Positions 1 through 10,461 are shown, numbered from the stretch's first letter. The stretch is 52,326 nt of DNA from a virus (IMGVR_UViG_3300012211_000001:1-52326), one strand, 5' to 3'. Notes: generated by a model not told the origin, from the letters alone. Translations and numbers: made by a program.

Positions 1-123
1 GGGGCCGCCTCAGGAGAAGCCTAGCGCAACCCCGCCGGATTCCCTATGATGTTGCTATAGACGGCGCTTCGTAGCGTCGCCCCGCTGATCCCTCGTCTCA
101 CCGGGTCGCCCCCTCAGTGGGCA
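1..123. repeat. Terminal direct repeat (copy 1); circular-assembly overlap or DTR
   Basis: Identical to 52204-52326. Confidence 0.95.
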
Positions 124-161
124 GCCCACCGCATCACCACTTCGCTTTCTAAGGACTCCGC

Positions 162-503
162 ATGCCAATCGTCGAACAGTTACTCAATGGGGTGAAAGTC
201 CAATGCGCGGATGGCACCGTCATTCCGTGTCGCCCGCTGCCACTCGGGGCGGCGATGGACATCATCGACCAATGGAATATTCGAGGGGATGTCTCCCTTA
301 CTCCAGAAGTCCGGGCCGATGCGCGGATTGCGATTCTCAAACGCTTTGCGACGACCTATCCCCCGCGGAACTGTGGCGCTCGGCGGGATCTGATTCCGCC
401 TATGGTAGGGACGCTTAACGCGAACAGCATGAGCGCCATTCTGTTTCGTGGTGTAGTCGAGCAGGGTCTGGTAAACCTGGCGCTCGTAATCAAGCTGCCC
501 TAG
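162..503 (+). CDS. Hypothetical protein, possibly a remnant tail-chaperone-like gene
   Basis: AAGGA RBS then ATG; function inferred only from its position before a Dit-like gene. Confidence 0.35.
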   Translation: MPIVEQLLNGVKVQCADGTVIPCRPLPLGAAMDIIDQWNIRGDVSLTPEVRADARIAILKRFATTYPPRNCGARRDLIPPMVGTLNANSMSAILFRGVVEQGLVNLALVIKLP

Positions 504-877
504 CCGCCTCAGATGATGACTGTCAGTGCCGAGTACGATTGGCGGCGATCCAATATTTCTCAGACGCCCCCGGCTGGAAGCAGAATGATCCTGAGCGCAA
601 GGAACGTGGGGCGATTCTCCAACGCTTCATTGCGGAAAGCTGTCCGTGTGCGGTGGGGGCTCAGCCAGTCCCAACCGCGACCAGGACCCCGATCTCTTGA
701 CGCTGACGAATCGCTTCTTCCAAAATCGCCCCGAGTGGTCGCCTGCGGATGGCGCATTTTTCATTTGGACCTGTGATGAGCCCACGGCAGGCGTCGGTAC
801 GTCTGGAGTGTCTGGGGTGCCTGAGCACGGAGAGCCGCAGGGCTAGCACAAATCCCCCAGGTTTCCCATTATGAAGC

Positions 878-1297
878 ATGGCGCTTGTCCGTGGCAACGC
901 GGCATTTACGTGGACGGATAGTAACGATTCCATTACTGAACGGGTGCTTCTCCTCGCGGAACCGCTCCGGGAAATCCGCGCCGCCCACCGCCAAAGTGTC
1001 TTTGTCGCCGATTCCCTCGACTTCACGAACCGCCAGTACTTCACCATCGGTGTGGGGGTCAACGAAACCATCGTGCGGGTGCGCTACGGCTACGATCAGC
1101 AGGGATTGATCGACCTTATCAAAGCCGGTTCGCGCGGCAATCAACTCACGTATTATCCCGACATGAATGTCCCAGGACGGGCACACAAGTACTACCTGAT
1201 TGCTCCCTTGAGTCCTATCCAGCTCGCCATGGATCGGGATATGGGCGTGACCTTTGGCTACCAAGAAGTCGAATTGACGTTGCGGGAAACCAATTAG
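878..1297 (+). CDS. Putative distal-tail (Dit)-like virion protein
   Basis: 139 aa beta-rich; LTYYPD and C-terminal VELTLRE pattern typical of Dit-like proteins; coupled to the following fibre gene. Confidence 0.45.
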   Translation: MALVRGNAAFTWTDSNDSITERVLLLAEPLREIRAAHRQSVFVADSLDFTNRQYFTIGVGVNETIVRVRYGYDQQGLIDLIKAGSRGNQLTYYPDMNVPGRAHKYYLIAPLSPIQLAMDRDMGVTFGYQEVELTLRETN

Positions 1298-2592
1298 TGC
1301 CAACGCCCCAAGCGTCATTATCCGACATTTGGAAACTCAAGATTTTAACTGATATCCGCCCTGGTGGGAACATGGAGCGGGTGACATTCAGCCGCACTGG
1401 TGTGGCGTCGTATTTCAAGCATGATCTGACGGTGGGGTCAGCGGCTACGGGGATTTTGCGCACGGAATGGTTAAAGGACCCCGTGTCTGGAATTCTCCAG
1501 CCCTATCTGAAGCTGGAAGCCGCCGCGACGAATAGCTGCTTGCAATCGCAGGCGCTGGCGACCGCGCCCTGGACGACCAATTTGCTGACGGCGACAAACA
1601 ACGCTGCCGTCGCGCCGGATGGGACGACGACCGCGAGCAGCCTCATTCCCACCGCCGTGAGCAGCGCCTTTCATCAGGTGAGTCAGACCATCACAGTGAC
1701 GGCAGGAGAATATGTCGCCATCTCCGGCTTCTTTAAGGCCAATGGCTACCCGGGGCTACAATTTCGTTTCGACGGTGTCTCCGGTTTCGCCGCATGGTAC
1801 GCCGACCTGGTGCTTGGGACAATCGCCGTAGCAGGGGCGAGCGGGTATACGGCCGTCGGGTCTGCCGTGATCCCACTCGGCAACGGCTTGTTCTGGTTAG
1901 CGGCGTGGGGCAAGACCCTCACCGATACGACTGTGAGCTTCAAAGCAGCCGTCTATGACACCGCCGCCCACGCGAACACGAGCACCGCCTTCACCGGTGA
2001 TGGTACGTCGGGTATCTACGCCTGGGGCCTTCAGCTGGAGCGTAACGGGGCGAACGCGCTGCCGCCGACCAGCTACATCACTACCACGACGATCGCGGTC
2101 ACGCGGAATGTGGACAGCTTCTCCGTGCCGTACTTCATTGATCCCAAGAGCATGGCCAATAGTTGGATGTACTTGCGGTTTTGGGATGTCGGCGGCAGTC
2201 AGGCGGCAAACTTCAGCGTCCCGTTAGTCATCGGCAATCCAAGCGGCACGCGCTTTCTATTCGACAACCGCACCAAGGGCGTCTGGAACATCCAGCATAA
2301 CGTCAGCGGGGGTAGTGAAGTTGATTCACAGATCGGGACGATTGCCACTTACGGGCAAGTGCAGGAATTGCTCGGCTTCATCAATGCCAACGGATCCGTA
2401 CAGTTGCGCGGCAGTGTCAACGCAGCGGCCGATGTGGTCGGCGCTCTGAGTGGCGCGAATGCACTCGCCTCGACCTTCGGCACGCTCACTTTGATATTGG
2501 GCGGCGTATCCATTCTGATCTCACGGATAGTAGTGGGGTTGGGTGCTGGGGTATCAGTGAACACGATCCAAGATGTGCGCAGCATCCCTTAA
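1297..2592 (+). CDS. Fibre/spike-like virion protein with carbohydrate-binding-type domains
   Basis: TFSR...LEAAATN...APDGTTTA...IYAWGLQLE...PTSYITT...TRNVD motifs typical of phage spike/fibre domains. Confidence 0.7.
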   Translation: MPTPQASLSDIWKLKILTDIRPGGNMERVTFSRTGVASYFKHDLTVGSAATGILRTEWLKDPVSGILQPYLKLEAAATNSCLQSQALATAPWTTNLLTATNNAAVAPDGTTTASSLIPTAVSSAFHQVSQTITVTAGEYVAISGFFKANGYPGLQFRFDGVSGFAAWYADLVLGTIAVAGASGYTAVGSAVIPLGNGLFWLAAWGKTLTDTTVSFKAAVYDTAAHANTSTAFTGDGTSGIYAWGLQLERNGANALPPTSYITTTTIAVTRNVDSFSVPYFIDPKSMANSWMYLRFWDVGGSQAANFSVPLVIGNPSGTRFLFDNRTKGVWNIQHNVSGGSEVDSQIGTIATYGQVQELLGFINANGSVQLRGSVNAAADVVGALSGANALASTFGTLTLILGGVSILISRIVVGLGAGVSVNTIQDVRSIP

Positions 2593-2609
2593 GGAGTTAT
2601 CTTCAAAAA

Positions 2610-2864
2610 ATGGCTGGGAAAAAGGGCCGCTCCGGTCGCCACTCCTTCGAGCTCACGCTTCGTGCACAGGCGATTGTGGAGCGCGCCAAATTGTTGGAGG
2701 AAGCTGAACAGATCGCCACCAATAAAGCCCTCGCCCCGTCCGATCGCCTCCACGCCATCCGCTTTCTTGTGGAGTACGGCTTCGGGAAAGCGAACCAGCC
2801 CGTCAGTACGCCTCCAGGCACGTCCTTCACACTGAAGTTCGGGGCTGATGCCGACGACGCTTGA
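2610..2864 (+). CDS. terS: Terminase small subunit (putative)
   Basis: AAGGAG RBS, MAGKKGRSGR start, YGFGKANQ C-terminus, overlaps terL. Confidence 0.7.
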   Translation: MAGKKGRSGRHSFELTLRAQAIVERAKLLEEAEQIATNKALAPSDRLHAIRFLVEYGFGKANQPVSTPPGTSFTLKFGADADDA

Positions 2865-4107
2865 ATACGTGAGGCCATGGCTTTACAACAAGCAACATGA
2901 AGCGATCTTTTGTCCCACCCGTTACGCCTTGGTCGAAGCCTCCACGAAGTCCGGTAAAACTGTTGGTTGTCTCGTCTGGTTCACTGAACAAGCACTCCAG
3001 GGAAAACTCGGGCAGAACTTCTGGTGGGTGGCACCATCCCACTCTCAGGCGAAGATGGCCTTCCAACGGCTCCGCCATGCGATCCCCCGTCAGATCATCG
3101 AACCCAATGAAACCGACCTCACCCTCAAACTGCTCAATGGGGCGATCCTCTGGTTCAAGACGGGGGAGAAGCCAGACTTGCTGTATGGCGAAGATGTCTA
3201 TGCCGCCGTGGTGGATGAAGCCTCTCGTCTCCGGGATGAAGCGTGGCACGCCCTGCGCTCAACGCTCACGGCGACCAGGGGTCCGGTGCGCCTGATCGGC
3301 AATGTGAAAGGACGGAAGAACTGGTTCTACGCGCTCTGCCGACGGGCAGAAGGTGGTGCGCCGAACATGCATTACGCCAAGCTCACTTGGAAAGATGCCG
3401 TCGAAGCGGGCGTCTTGCAGCTCGCCGAGGTGGAAGATGCGAAAGCCCAACTCCCCGAGTCCGTGTTTCAAGAACTCTATGCGGCAGAGCCGAGTGAGGA
3501 TGGGGGCAATCCCTTCGGCATCCAGCATATCGATCAGTGTACGGCACCACTCTCGAAGAAGGCGCCGAAGATTTGGGGCTGGGACTTAGCGCGGGCCCAT
3601 GACTATACCGTGGGCATTGCGTTAGACGACGAGGGATATGTCTGCCGGTTAGAGCGCTGGCATGAGGACTGGGAACCGACGATGCTCAAGATCCAAGCCC
3701 ACATCAGCAATACGCCGGCGTGGATCGAGCAGAACGGCGTCGGGGATGCACCAGTTCAACTGCTCCAGAAAGGCCACAGCAATATCCATGGGTTTTTGAC
3801 GACCGCCCCTTCGAAACAGGCGATCATGGAACGCTTGGCTGTTGCAATACAACAGCACGACGTGCATTTTCCTGAAGGGATTCTGGCGTCCGAACTCCGG
3901 TCGTTTGAGTTTGAGTCGACGCGCACGGGGGTGCGCTACAGTGCCCCGGAAGGCTGTTTTGACGACTGTGTGATGGCGTTAGCCATTGCCTGGCACGCCT
4001 TCGATCGCACCACGCCGCAGGTGGTGCCAGTCGGTGTGGAGCAGCAGAGTAAGTGGGTAGGACTCGGCGCTTTGGGGAACACTGGTCGGAAGTGGGGCGG
4101 CACATGA
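2848..4107 (+). CDS. terL: Terminase large subunit
   Basis: Walker A-like STKSGKT, Walker B VVDEA, nuclease motifs GWDLA..DYT and DDCVMALA. Confidence 0.95.
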   Translation: MPTTLEYVRPWLYNKQHEAIFCPTRYALVEASTKSGKTVGCLVWFTEQALQGKLGQNFWWVAPSHSQAKMAFQRLRHAIPRQIIEPNETDLTLKLLNGAILWFKTGEKPDLLYGEDVYAAVVDEASRLRDEAWHALRSTLTATRGPVRLIGNVKGRKNWFYALCRRAEGGAPNMHYAKLTWKDAVEAGVLQLAEVEDAKAQLPESVFQELYAAEPSEDGGNPFGIQHIDQCTAPLSKKAPKIWGWDLARAHDYTVGIALDDEGYVCRLERWHEDWEPTMLKIQAHISNTPAWIEQNGVGDAPVQLLQKGHSNIHGFLTTAPSKQAIMERLAVAIQQHDVHFPEGILASELRSFEFESTRTGVRYSAPEGCFDDCVMALAIAWHAFDRTTPQVVPVGVEQQSKWVGLGALGNTGRKWGGT

Positions 4108-4113
4108 CAACGC

Positions 4114-6228
4114 ATGGCCCGTAACGGCAAAAAGCTCTCCAAAGAAGCGCCCGCTGTTACCCGCGCCCTCGCTGAACGTGGCGGCAGCGCTGCGGAACGC
4201 GGGGGCCTTGGCATCCCCGTTACCGTCCGTCCAGAACCCTCTGATCCTGCTGCGCAACCACTTCCCACCGACCGGCGCCTAGTGGGTCTTGAACTCGGGC
4301 GTACAGGCCTCACGCAGTATTACGGCCGACTGTACGAAGAATTCCTCCCTGAACTCCGGCAGGAAAAAGGCCGCAAGATCTTTCGTGAGATGGCCGATAA
4401 TGATCCGACCATCGGAGCCTTACGTTCCGCCATCAAATTGCTCGTTAAATCCGCCAAGTGGCGCACCGAATCGGCCCACAACAAGGTGGATGCGCGGGCG
4501 GATTTCGTTGAGCAATGTCGCACAGACACCGAACATACCTTCGAGGAATTAGTTGGGGAAGTCGTCGATGATATGATCGTCTTTGGGTTCCATTATCCAG
4601 AGATTGTCTATAAGCGTCGGCAGTCGGGCGACTCGCAATACAAAGACAACAAGATCGGGTGGAAGAAATTCGCGACGCGGAGTCCCGAATCCCTGTATCG
4701 CTGGGAATTCGAGTCAGACACCCAGGAATTGCGTGGGATGTGGCAACGTCCGCCACCAGACTTCCAATTGCGTTATATCCCATTGGAAAAAGCATTGCTC
4801 TTTCGCATGGAGACCTTGAAGAATTCACCCGAGGGTCGCTCAGGATTACGCAACGCATATCGTCCGTGGTACTTCAAGAAATACCTCGAACAGTTGGAAG
4901 CGATCGGGGCTGAACGGACAGCGGCTGGCTATCCCGTCATGTGGATCCCTGCTGAGATGATCCTCAAGAACGATCCGCTCGTGGATACCTTCACGAAGAT
5001 GGCGGTCAACATCCGCACCGATGAGCTCATGGGTATGGTCATGCCTTTGGCCTATGATGAGAAGGGCCAGAAGCTTTACGACTTCGAGTTCAAATCCCCC
5101 GCCGGAGGGAAGCAATATGACATGTCGGCCATCATCACCCGCTACGATGTGCGGATTCTGATGACGGTTTTGGTGGACTTCGTGATTCAGGGCCATGATC
5201 AGACGGGCTCGTTCGCGATGGCGAAGACGAAGATTGACTTCTTCAACCTCGCCCTCTCCGGGTGGCTGGATGCGGTGGCGGGACCTCTTAACCGCTATGC
5301 CATTCCGCGGCTGCTTGAGCTGAACGGCATGGACACGGAAGATCCGCCACAATTCAAACATGGAGATGTGCAACGCCGGGATCTGCAGCAGATCGGCGAC
5401 TATATCCTTAAGCTGTCGCAAGCAGGGATGCCGATCTTCCCAGATCCTGCGATTGAAAACGTACTACGAGAGTTTGGCGACTTGCCGACGATGCCTCCAG
5501 AAGAACTCCAGCAGCGTGAGTTGCAGGATCAGGAGGAAGAAGCCTTGGCGGCACAGGAAGCAGCGGCACGGAGTCAGGCGGCGATTGCCACCAATCGGGC
5601 TACGGCGGCGAATCCCGAGCCGAAAGGAATTACGGCTCCGAAAGAGGAACCACCGAAGTCGAATGGAAAGCCAGAAGCGAAACCAGAGCCAGCGGCGAAG
5701 CAAGATATTCATCTGCATGTACATGAAGGGAATGTGTCCGTCACTCCGTCGCCCGTGACGGTGGAGGGTGCGCAGATCACTGTGAGCAAAGATGCCCCCC
5801 CGGTGACCCAAGTTACCGTAGAGGCTGCTGCGCCAATCGTGGTACCCCCAGCGGTGGTCCATGTGGATGGATCGCAGATTACGGTGGAAGCGTCCGCGCC
5901 ACTGGTGATTCCTGCACCCCAGGTCACGGTGGAAAAGACGGTCGTAGCACCCGAGATCACCGTTGCCGCACCGCAGATTACCGTTCAGGCGGCAGCCCCA
6001 GTTGTCGTTCCGGCCCCACTTGTAACGGTGGAGAAGACGACGGTCGAAGTGGCGGCTCCGCAGATCACCGTGGAGGCACCAGTCGTGACCGTGGAACCGC
6101 CTGCGGTGACAATTCAAAACGTGATCGAGAAGGATCAAACGCCGAAACAATTGATCGTTCAGCGGGATGCGGATGGCAAGTTCATCGGTGGCACGATTAC
6201 CCCTACCTCGTCGGGAGAGACATCATGA
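4114..6228 (+). CDS. Portal protein (DUF935/Mu gp29-like) with long repetitive C-terminal extension
   Basis: Follows terL; PEGRSGLRNAY, GSFAMAK, LNRYAIPRLLELN motifs. Confidence 0.9.
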   Translation: MARNGKKLSKEAPAVTRALAERGGSAAERGGLGIPVTVRPEPSDPAAQPLPTDRRLVGLELGRTGLTQYYGRLYEEFLPELRQEKGRKIFREMADNDPTIGALRSAIKLLVKSAKWRTESAHNKVDARADFVEQCRTDTEHTFEELVGEVVDDMIVFGFHYPEIVYKRRQSGDSQYKDNKIGWKKFATRSPESLYRWEFESDTQELRGMWQRPPPDFQLRYIPLEKALLFRMETLKNSPEGRSGLRNAYRPWYFKKYLEQLEAIGAERTAAGYPVMWIPAEMILKNDPLVDTFTKMAVNIRTDELMGMVMPLAYDEKGQKLYDFEFKSPAGGKQYDMSAIITRYDVRILMTVLVDFVIQGHDQTGSFAMAKTKIDFFNLALSGWLDAVAGPLNRYAIPRLLELNGMDTEDPPQFKHGDVQRRDLQQIGDYILKLSQAGMPIFPDPAIENVLREFGDLPTMPPEELQQRELQDQEEEALAAQEAAARSQAAIATNRATAANPEPKGITAPKEEPPKSNGKPEAKPEPAAKQDIHLHVHEGNVSVTPSPVTVEGAQITVSKDAPPVTQVTVEAAAPIVVPPAVVHVDGSQITVEASAPLVIPAPQVTVEKTVVAPEITVAAPQITVQAAAPVVVPAPLVTVEKTTVEVAAPQITVEAPVVTVEPPAVTIQNVIEKDQTPKQLIVQRDADGKFIGGTITPTSSGETS

Positions 6229-6809
6229 CGCTATCCACGCAGTATCGGGAACGCTCCGCCGTCCGTGAGGGCGCCAGTATGGGGATCGGGGGTGTGAGCC
6301 ACGAAGGGGCAAAATGGAAGTGTATCACCATTGCCGAACTTCGTGATTATCGCGATGGGAGTCTGCTGCGCCGCGTGGAAGATCACGGGAACATTCTTGT
6401 CTATGGAGGTGCCTCTGTACTTTGGGAAGCATTCATCGGGAATGGTTCGACCTCCACGGGCTCGGCAAAGCATTTCTTCAACTCGAAGTGTGCACTCGGG
6501 ATCGGGAATTCCAGTGCGGCTGCCGTGAATACCCAGAAAGCTCTCCAAGGGGGCTCCAAGATTTTCAAGATCATGTCGGCGGGGTTTCCGACCCATACGA
6601 CTGGATCGACGGTCGCTGCCGCCGCTCAAGTGCAGTTCAAGAGCACGTTTACGACCGCGCAGGCCAATTTCACCTGGTGGGAATGGGGGGTCGCGAATAT
6701 CGCGACGACCGCAGCGGTGCAACGGCTCTTGAATCGCAAGGTGGCGAATCTCTTGACCAAGACTTCTGCGGCTACCGCATCGTTGACCGTCACGCTTACG
6801 CTGTCGTGA
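6225..6809 (+). CDS. Virion structural protein (Ser/Thr-rich)
   Basis: FKSTFTTAQANFTWWEWG...LLNRKV..L.TKTS pattern of phage minor structural proteins. Confidence 0.65.
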   Translation: MTLSTQYRERSAVREGASMGIGGVSHEGAKWKCITIAELRDYRDGSLLRRVEDHGNILVYGGASVLWEAFIGNGSTSTGSAKHFFNSKCALGIGNSSAAAVNTQKALQGGSKIFKIMSAGFPTHTTGSTVAAAAQVQFKSTFTTAQANFTWWEWGVANIATTAAVQRLLNRKVANLLTKTSAATASLTVTLTLS

Positions 6810-6810
6810 G

Positions 6811-8409
6811 GTGGTTCGCAATGTAGCAGTCGTCCTCGGTCAGCCAACGCCGGTCATTAATCTCTGCGACCCCGTTTTGCCGGCGAGCGTGGATACGACG
6901 TATACCCTGCCCACGGGGGGGACGACGTGGACACCTACTGATGCGGCATCTTTTCAGACCGCGTTGAATGGTGCGGCACTTGGTGATGTGATTCAGTTGA
7001 ATGCGGGGACGGTCTATCAGGGACCGTTTACCCTGCCTGTAAAAAGCACCGGATCAGGCTGGATTTATATCACCACATCGGCCATTAACTCCCTTCCTGC
7101 CGCTGGCACTAGGGTCGGGCCTGCGAATGTTGGAGTGATGCCCACGCTCCGGATGTTGAATAGTTCGGTCTCCACAATTGAAACGGCTGGGGCGGTGCAT
7201 CATTATCGCTTTGTGGGCATGCATGCCGATGTCCCGGCATCCATGACGGATACTTTTGGTCGGGCCCCGCTGATCTTTGGGGGTGATGCGACCAGTTCAG
7301 CCAATCAACCACACGACATCATCTTCGATCGCTGTTATTTGCAGGGACGTGATGGGATTGGGCCTAGCAATGGACTCTCGATGACGCGACCGCTGCAACT
7401 CGGAGGTGCTAGAATGGCCTTCGTGGATGGTTATGTCAGCGAAATCCATGCCTTGGGTGCGGATTCGCAAGCCATTCTTATCTACAATGGCTCAGGTCCA
7501 TACAAGATTCACAATAGTCACCTCGAAGCGGCCGGCGAAAATGTGATGATTGGGGGAGCGAATCCCTCGGATTCCTCATTGTTACCATCGGATATCACAT
7601 TCACCCGCAATTATTTTTTCAAGCCATTGAGCTGGATTGGCCTCGGCTGGTCCGTGAAAAATCTATTAGAGCTGAAGATGGGCGTCCGTGTTCTCATTGA
7701 GGGCAACGTCCTCACGAACTGCTGGGCGCAAGGGCAGGCTGGATATGCCTGCGTGTTCTGGTCGGCATCAGAGAACGCGGGAGCGCCCTATACGGAGACG
7801 CGCGACGTGTGGATGCGGAAGAATCGAATCACGAACGTCGCTTCCGCGTGGCAGCTCACGAATCATTCGAGCACCGGGATCGTTGTGGATATGACGAAAG
7901 TGCGGATCGAGCAGAATGTCGCAGAGAAGATTGTTGATGTCGGTGGCCAGAGTGCGTTGCTTGGTGGGGCGATCAAACTATTCCAGATCACGGGCGTAAA
8001 CTGTCTCCAACTTGTCCATAATACAGTGGGAGCGGCCAGCGGTCCATTGCACAGTCAGCAAGTCTTCGCTGGAGCGATCAGTGATAGGTACATCGGGCGC
8101 AACAATATCTATGGCTTCAGCAGCAACGGCGTCATCGGCGACGCGGATGGTACAGGCGCCGCCTGTTATACAACCTACACGACAAACAATACCATCCATC
8201 GGGAAGTCTTCGCTGGAGATGCTGGAGGATCGCATCAAGCCGATTGTTTCTATGCGGCAACCGAAGCCGCGATCGGATATGTCAATGAAGCTGCAGGCGA
8301 CTACCATCTGAGCGTCGCCTCGACCTATAAGGGCTTGGCCGACGACGGCACCGATCCTGGCGCAGATATAGACGCTGTGGCCGCTGCGGTTGCGGGAGTA
8401 ACGGACTGA
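6811..8409 (+). CDS. Parallel beta-helix (pectate-lyase-like) protein, putative depolymerase
   Basis: FQTALNGAALGDVIQLNAGTVY cap, Asn-ladder repeats, KNLLELK..RVLIEGN. Confidence 0.75.
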   Translation: MVRNVAVVLGQPTPVINLCDPVLPASVDTTYTLPTGGTTWTPTDAASFQTALNGAALGDVIQLNAGTVYQGPFTLPVKSTGSGWIYITTSAINSLPAAGTRVGPANVGVMPTLRMLNSSVSTIETAGAVHHYRFVGMHADVPASMTDTFGRAPLIFGGDATSSANQPHDIIFDRCYLQGRDGIGPSNGLSMTRPLQLGGARMAFVDGYVSEIHALGADSQAILIYNGSGPYKIHNSHLEAAGENVMIGGANPSDSSLLPSDITFTRNYFFKPLSWIGLGWSVKNLLELKMGVRVLIEGNVLTNCWAQGQAGYACVFWSASENAGAPYTETRDVWMRKNRITNVASAWQLTNHSSTGIVVDMTKVRIEQNVAEKIVDVGGQSALLGGAIKLFQITGVNCLQLVHNTVGAASGPLHSQQVFAGAISDRYIGRNNIYGFSSNGVIGDADGTGAACYTTYTTNNTIHREVFAGDAGGSHQADCFYAATEAAIGYVNEAAGDYHLSVASTYKGLADDGTDPGADIDAVAAAVAGVTD

Positions 8410-8412
8410 GCC

Positions 8413-9162
8413 ATGGCAATTTCCCGGATCCAAATCGCTGATGAGTTGACTTATGCTCTGAGTGGCACGCCTATCACGAAGGTATTCAATACCGGAGTCT
8501 CGGCTGGGGATGCGATCGTTGTCTGCGTGTTCTGGAAAAACAATGTCACGATCAGTTCCGTTACCGATGATCAAGCAAATACTTACGTCGATTGTGGTGC
8601 GGGACGATTAACTCGTCCGACTGACGGGTTTCTACAAATCTACGGAGCGACGAATGTAGTGGGCGGGGGATCGTCCCCCACAATCAGTATAGCCTTTTCA
8701 GGGGCGGTGACGGAAGCTGGCGTAATCCTGATTGAATATACTGGCGAAGATCTCACCGCGCTCTTTGATAGCGTCTCTGGGACTGGCACCGCTACGAGCG
8801 GGACGAGTGTGACAACGGGCAGTTTCACGCCAACGATCGCCAGTGGAGCCATTATCGCCTATGGGAACACCAACGATACAGATGGGAGTGTGGGAAGCGG
8901 CTATACGCTCGTCGGAGCGCCAGCCGGAGCTGGTGCCATTACTGAGGAGAAGTTTTTTACCTCAGCCCCCGGAAGTCAGACCGCCGTGATAAATATGTCC
9001 ACAGCGATCGCGAAAGGTGGGCTGATAGCGGCGGTTATTCGTGCAGCAGGTAGTGGTAGTGGTGGGGCGGTCTCCGCCTCGGAGACTCCGGCAATCGCGG
9101 ATACCCCCAGTTGGTCCACGCCGCAATTTCTCCTGACGACCGCGGTCAAGGTCAGCGAGTAA
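8413..9162 (+). CDS. Putative virion appendage protein (S/T/G-rich beta-sandwich)
   Basis: ISSVTDDQANTY motif; composition; operon context. Confidence 0.6.
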   Translation: MAISRIQIADELTYALSGTPITKVFNTGVSAGDAIVVCVFWKNNVTISSVTDDQANTYVDCGAGRLTRPTDGFLQIYGATNVVGGGSSPTISIAFSGAVTEAGVILIEYTGEDLTALFDSVSGTGTATSGTSVTTGSFTPTIASGAIIAYGNTNDTDGSVGSGYTLVGAPAGAGAITEEKFFTSAPGSQTAVINMSTAIAKGGLIAAVIRAAGSGSGGAVSASETPAIADTPSWSTPQFLLTTAVKVSE

Positions 9163-9165
9163 GAT

Positions 9166-9765
9166 ATGCCCTTCCTCCTCACGGAATCCGCATTCGCCTT
9201 CCAAACCGGCCCAGTTGCCGAAGGGGTGATCCTCGGAGAATCCGCGGTCGCGACTCAGATCATTTCCGCTGGGGATTCCGCAGGGTTGGTGGAAGCCTCC
9301 AGTCCGTTTAGTGGGAAAGCGATTGTCGCCTCGGATTCCGGGATACTCACCGAACCTAGTACCATAGCGTTCGGCCTTAGTGAAACGGAAACACCCGGTA
9401 TCGCAGAAGCGCTCAGCAGTATTCTATCTGTGATCGGCGTGGAACCTTTCAACATCGCCGAAGCCCAGACTGCTAAGACCTCCGCCGCGCAAGTCGTCAC
9501 CAGTTCCGAACAGGGTCTCTTGGCCGAAACGCCGGTGGCGCTGTTAGCCACAAATGCAGCAGACCAAGCGGCAGTGACCGAAGCGATTCGTGCCTTGCTG
9601 GCCAGCCTCGATACAGAGGCAGGTTTGCTTGGGGAGATTCCCAATCCCTCCTTTGGTGTCCCATCGTTGGCTGGACTGGCCATTGGGCTGGCCAGTATCG
9701 ATCCTGATTTAGTGGGTGCGAGCGGAATAGATGGTAACTTGATCGGGACGGCTAATATCCTCTAG
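9166..9765 (+). CDS. Acidic repeat protein, putative fibre shaft
   Basis: Recurrent S(D/E)xGxLxE units. Confidence 0.55.
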   Translation: MPFLLTESAFAFQTGPVAEGVILGESAVATQIISAGDSAGLVEASSPFSGKAIVASDSGILTEPSTIAFGLSETETPGIAEALSSILSVIGVEPFNIAEAQTAKTSAAQVVTSSEQGLLAETPVALLATNAADQAAVTEAIRALLASLDTEAGLLGEIPNPSFGVPSLAGLAIGLASIDPDLVGASGIDGNLIGTANIL

Positions 9766-9774
9766 GGGGATCCA

Positions 9775-10125
9775 GTGGCGACAGCGAAAGCGTGGTATAT
9801 CCACAATGACATCCTCATCACCCTCACGGGCTTACAAAGCTCCACTATGGGGACCGGCAGTTATCTCAACAATTCTCCAAATGTGACGGTGAGCGTCTGG
9901 AAATCGCAGACGACGCAAAGCTCAACCAATCGCGTGCTGAATACCTTCGCGATGACGTATAATCCAGGGACCAACGGCATCTATCGCTATGTCGCGCCGA
10001 CTACCGCCGTCCCGAGTTTGCAAACAGCGGCATTGAACGGTATGGCGATCATCTCTGTGAATCATCTCGGCTTGCGTGGAGAGTGGCGCGTGCCCTTCCA
10101 AACCCAATATCGGCAGACGAGTTAA
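9775..10125 (+). CDS. Hypothetical virion protein
   Basis: AGGGG RBS, GTG start, tight operon packing. Confidence 0.55.
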   Translation: MATAKAWYIHNDILITLTGLQSSTMGTGSYLNNSPNVTVSVWKSQTTQSSTNRVLNTFAMTYNPGTNGIYRYVAPTTAVPSLQTAALNGMAIISVNHLGLRGEWRVPFQTQYRQTS

Positions 10126-10461
10126 GTGGCGACTGGAACGGGGACGTTGGATTTCGGAGCCTTCCCAGGTGCGAGTGACGCCAGTCTCGCCATCACGGGG
10201 CAGGCTGGCATTGTCGCCGGATCATTGGCTGAGGCATGGTTGCGACCAATTGCCACGACGGATCATAGCGCGGACGAACACATGATAGAGACGCTTGCGA
10301 TCTTTGCGAGTAACATCGTTGCGGGGACGGGCTTTACGATCTACGGGTTCAATACGAGCCAAACCAACGAGCCTACCGCAGGGCCTGGCGCCCAGAATTG
10401 GACTGGTGGCAAGGGAACCCGTATTTACGGCAAATGGACGATCGCATGGACATGGGCATGA
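10126..10461 (+). CDS. Hypothetical virion protein
   Basis: Abuts previous stop; GTLDFGAFPG...YGKWTIAWTW. Confidence 0.6.
   Translation: MATGTGTLDFGAFPGASDASLAITGQAGIVAGSLAEAWLRPIATTDHSADEHMIETLAIFASNIVAGTGFTIYGFNTSQTNEPTAGPGAQNWTGGKGTRIYGKWTIAWTWA

Noticed and set aside
1-123. Biological terminal repeat or att site
   Set aside because: It starts mid-ORF and its length fits an assembler overlap; cannot be resolved without reads
1295-1297. Genome-wide stop-codon recoding
   Set aside because: Core genes are intact under the standard code and TAG, TGA and TAA all end genes
5464-6150. 228-aa antisense ORF in the portal (and similar long shadow ORFs at 26045, 43699, 49586)
   Set aside because: Arg/His-rich mirror of biased sense codons with no motifs or RBS, unlike the intein antisense ORF
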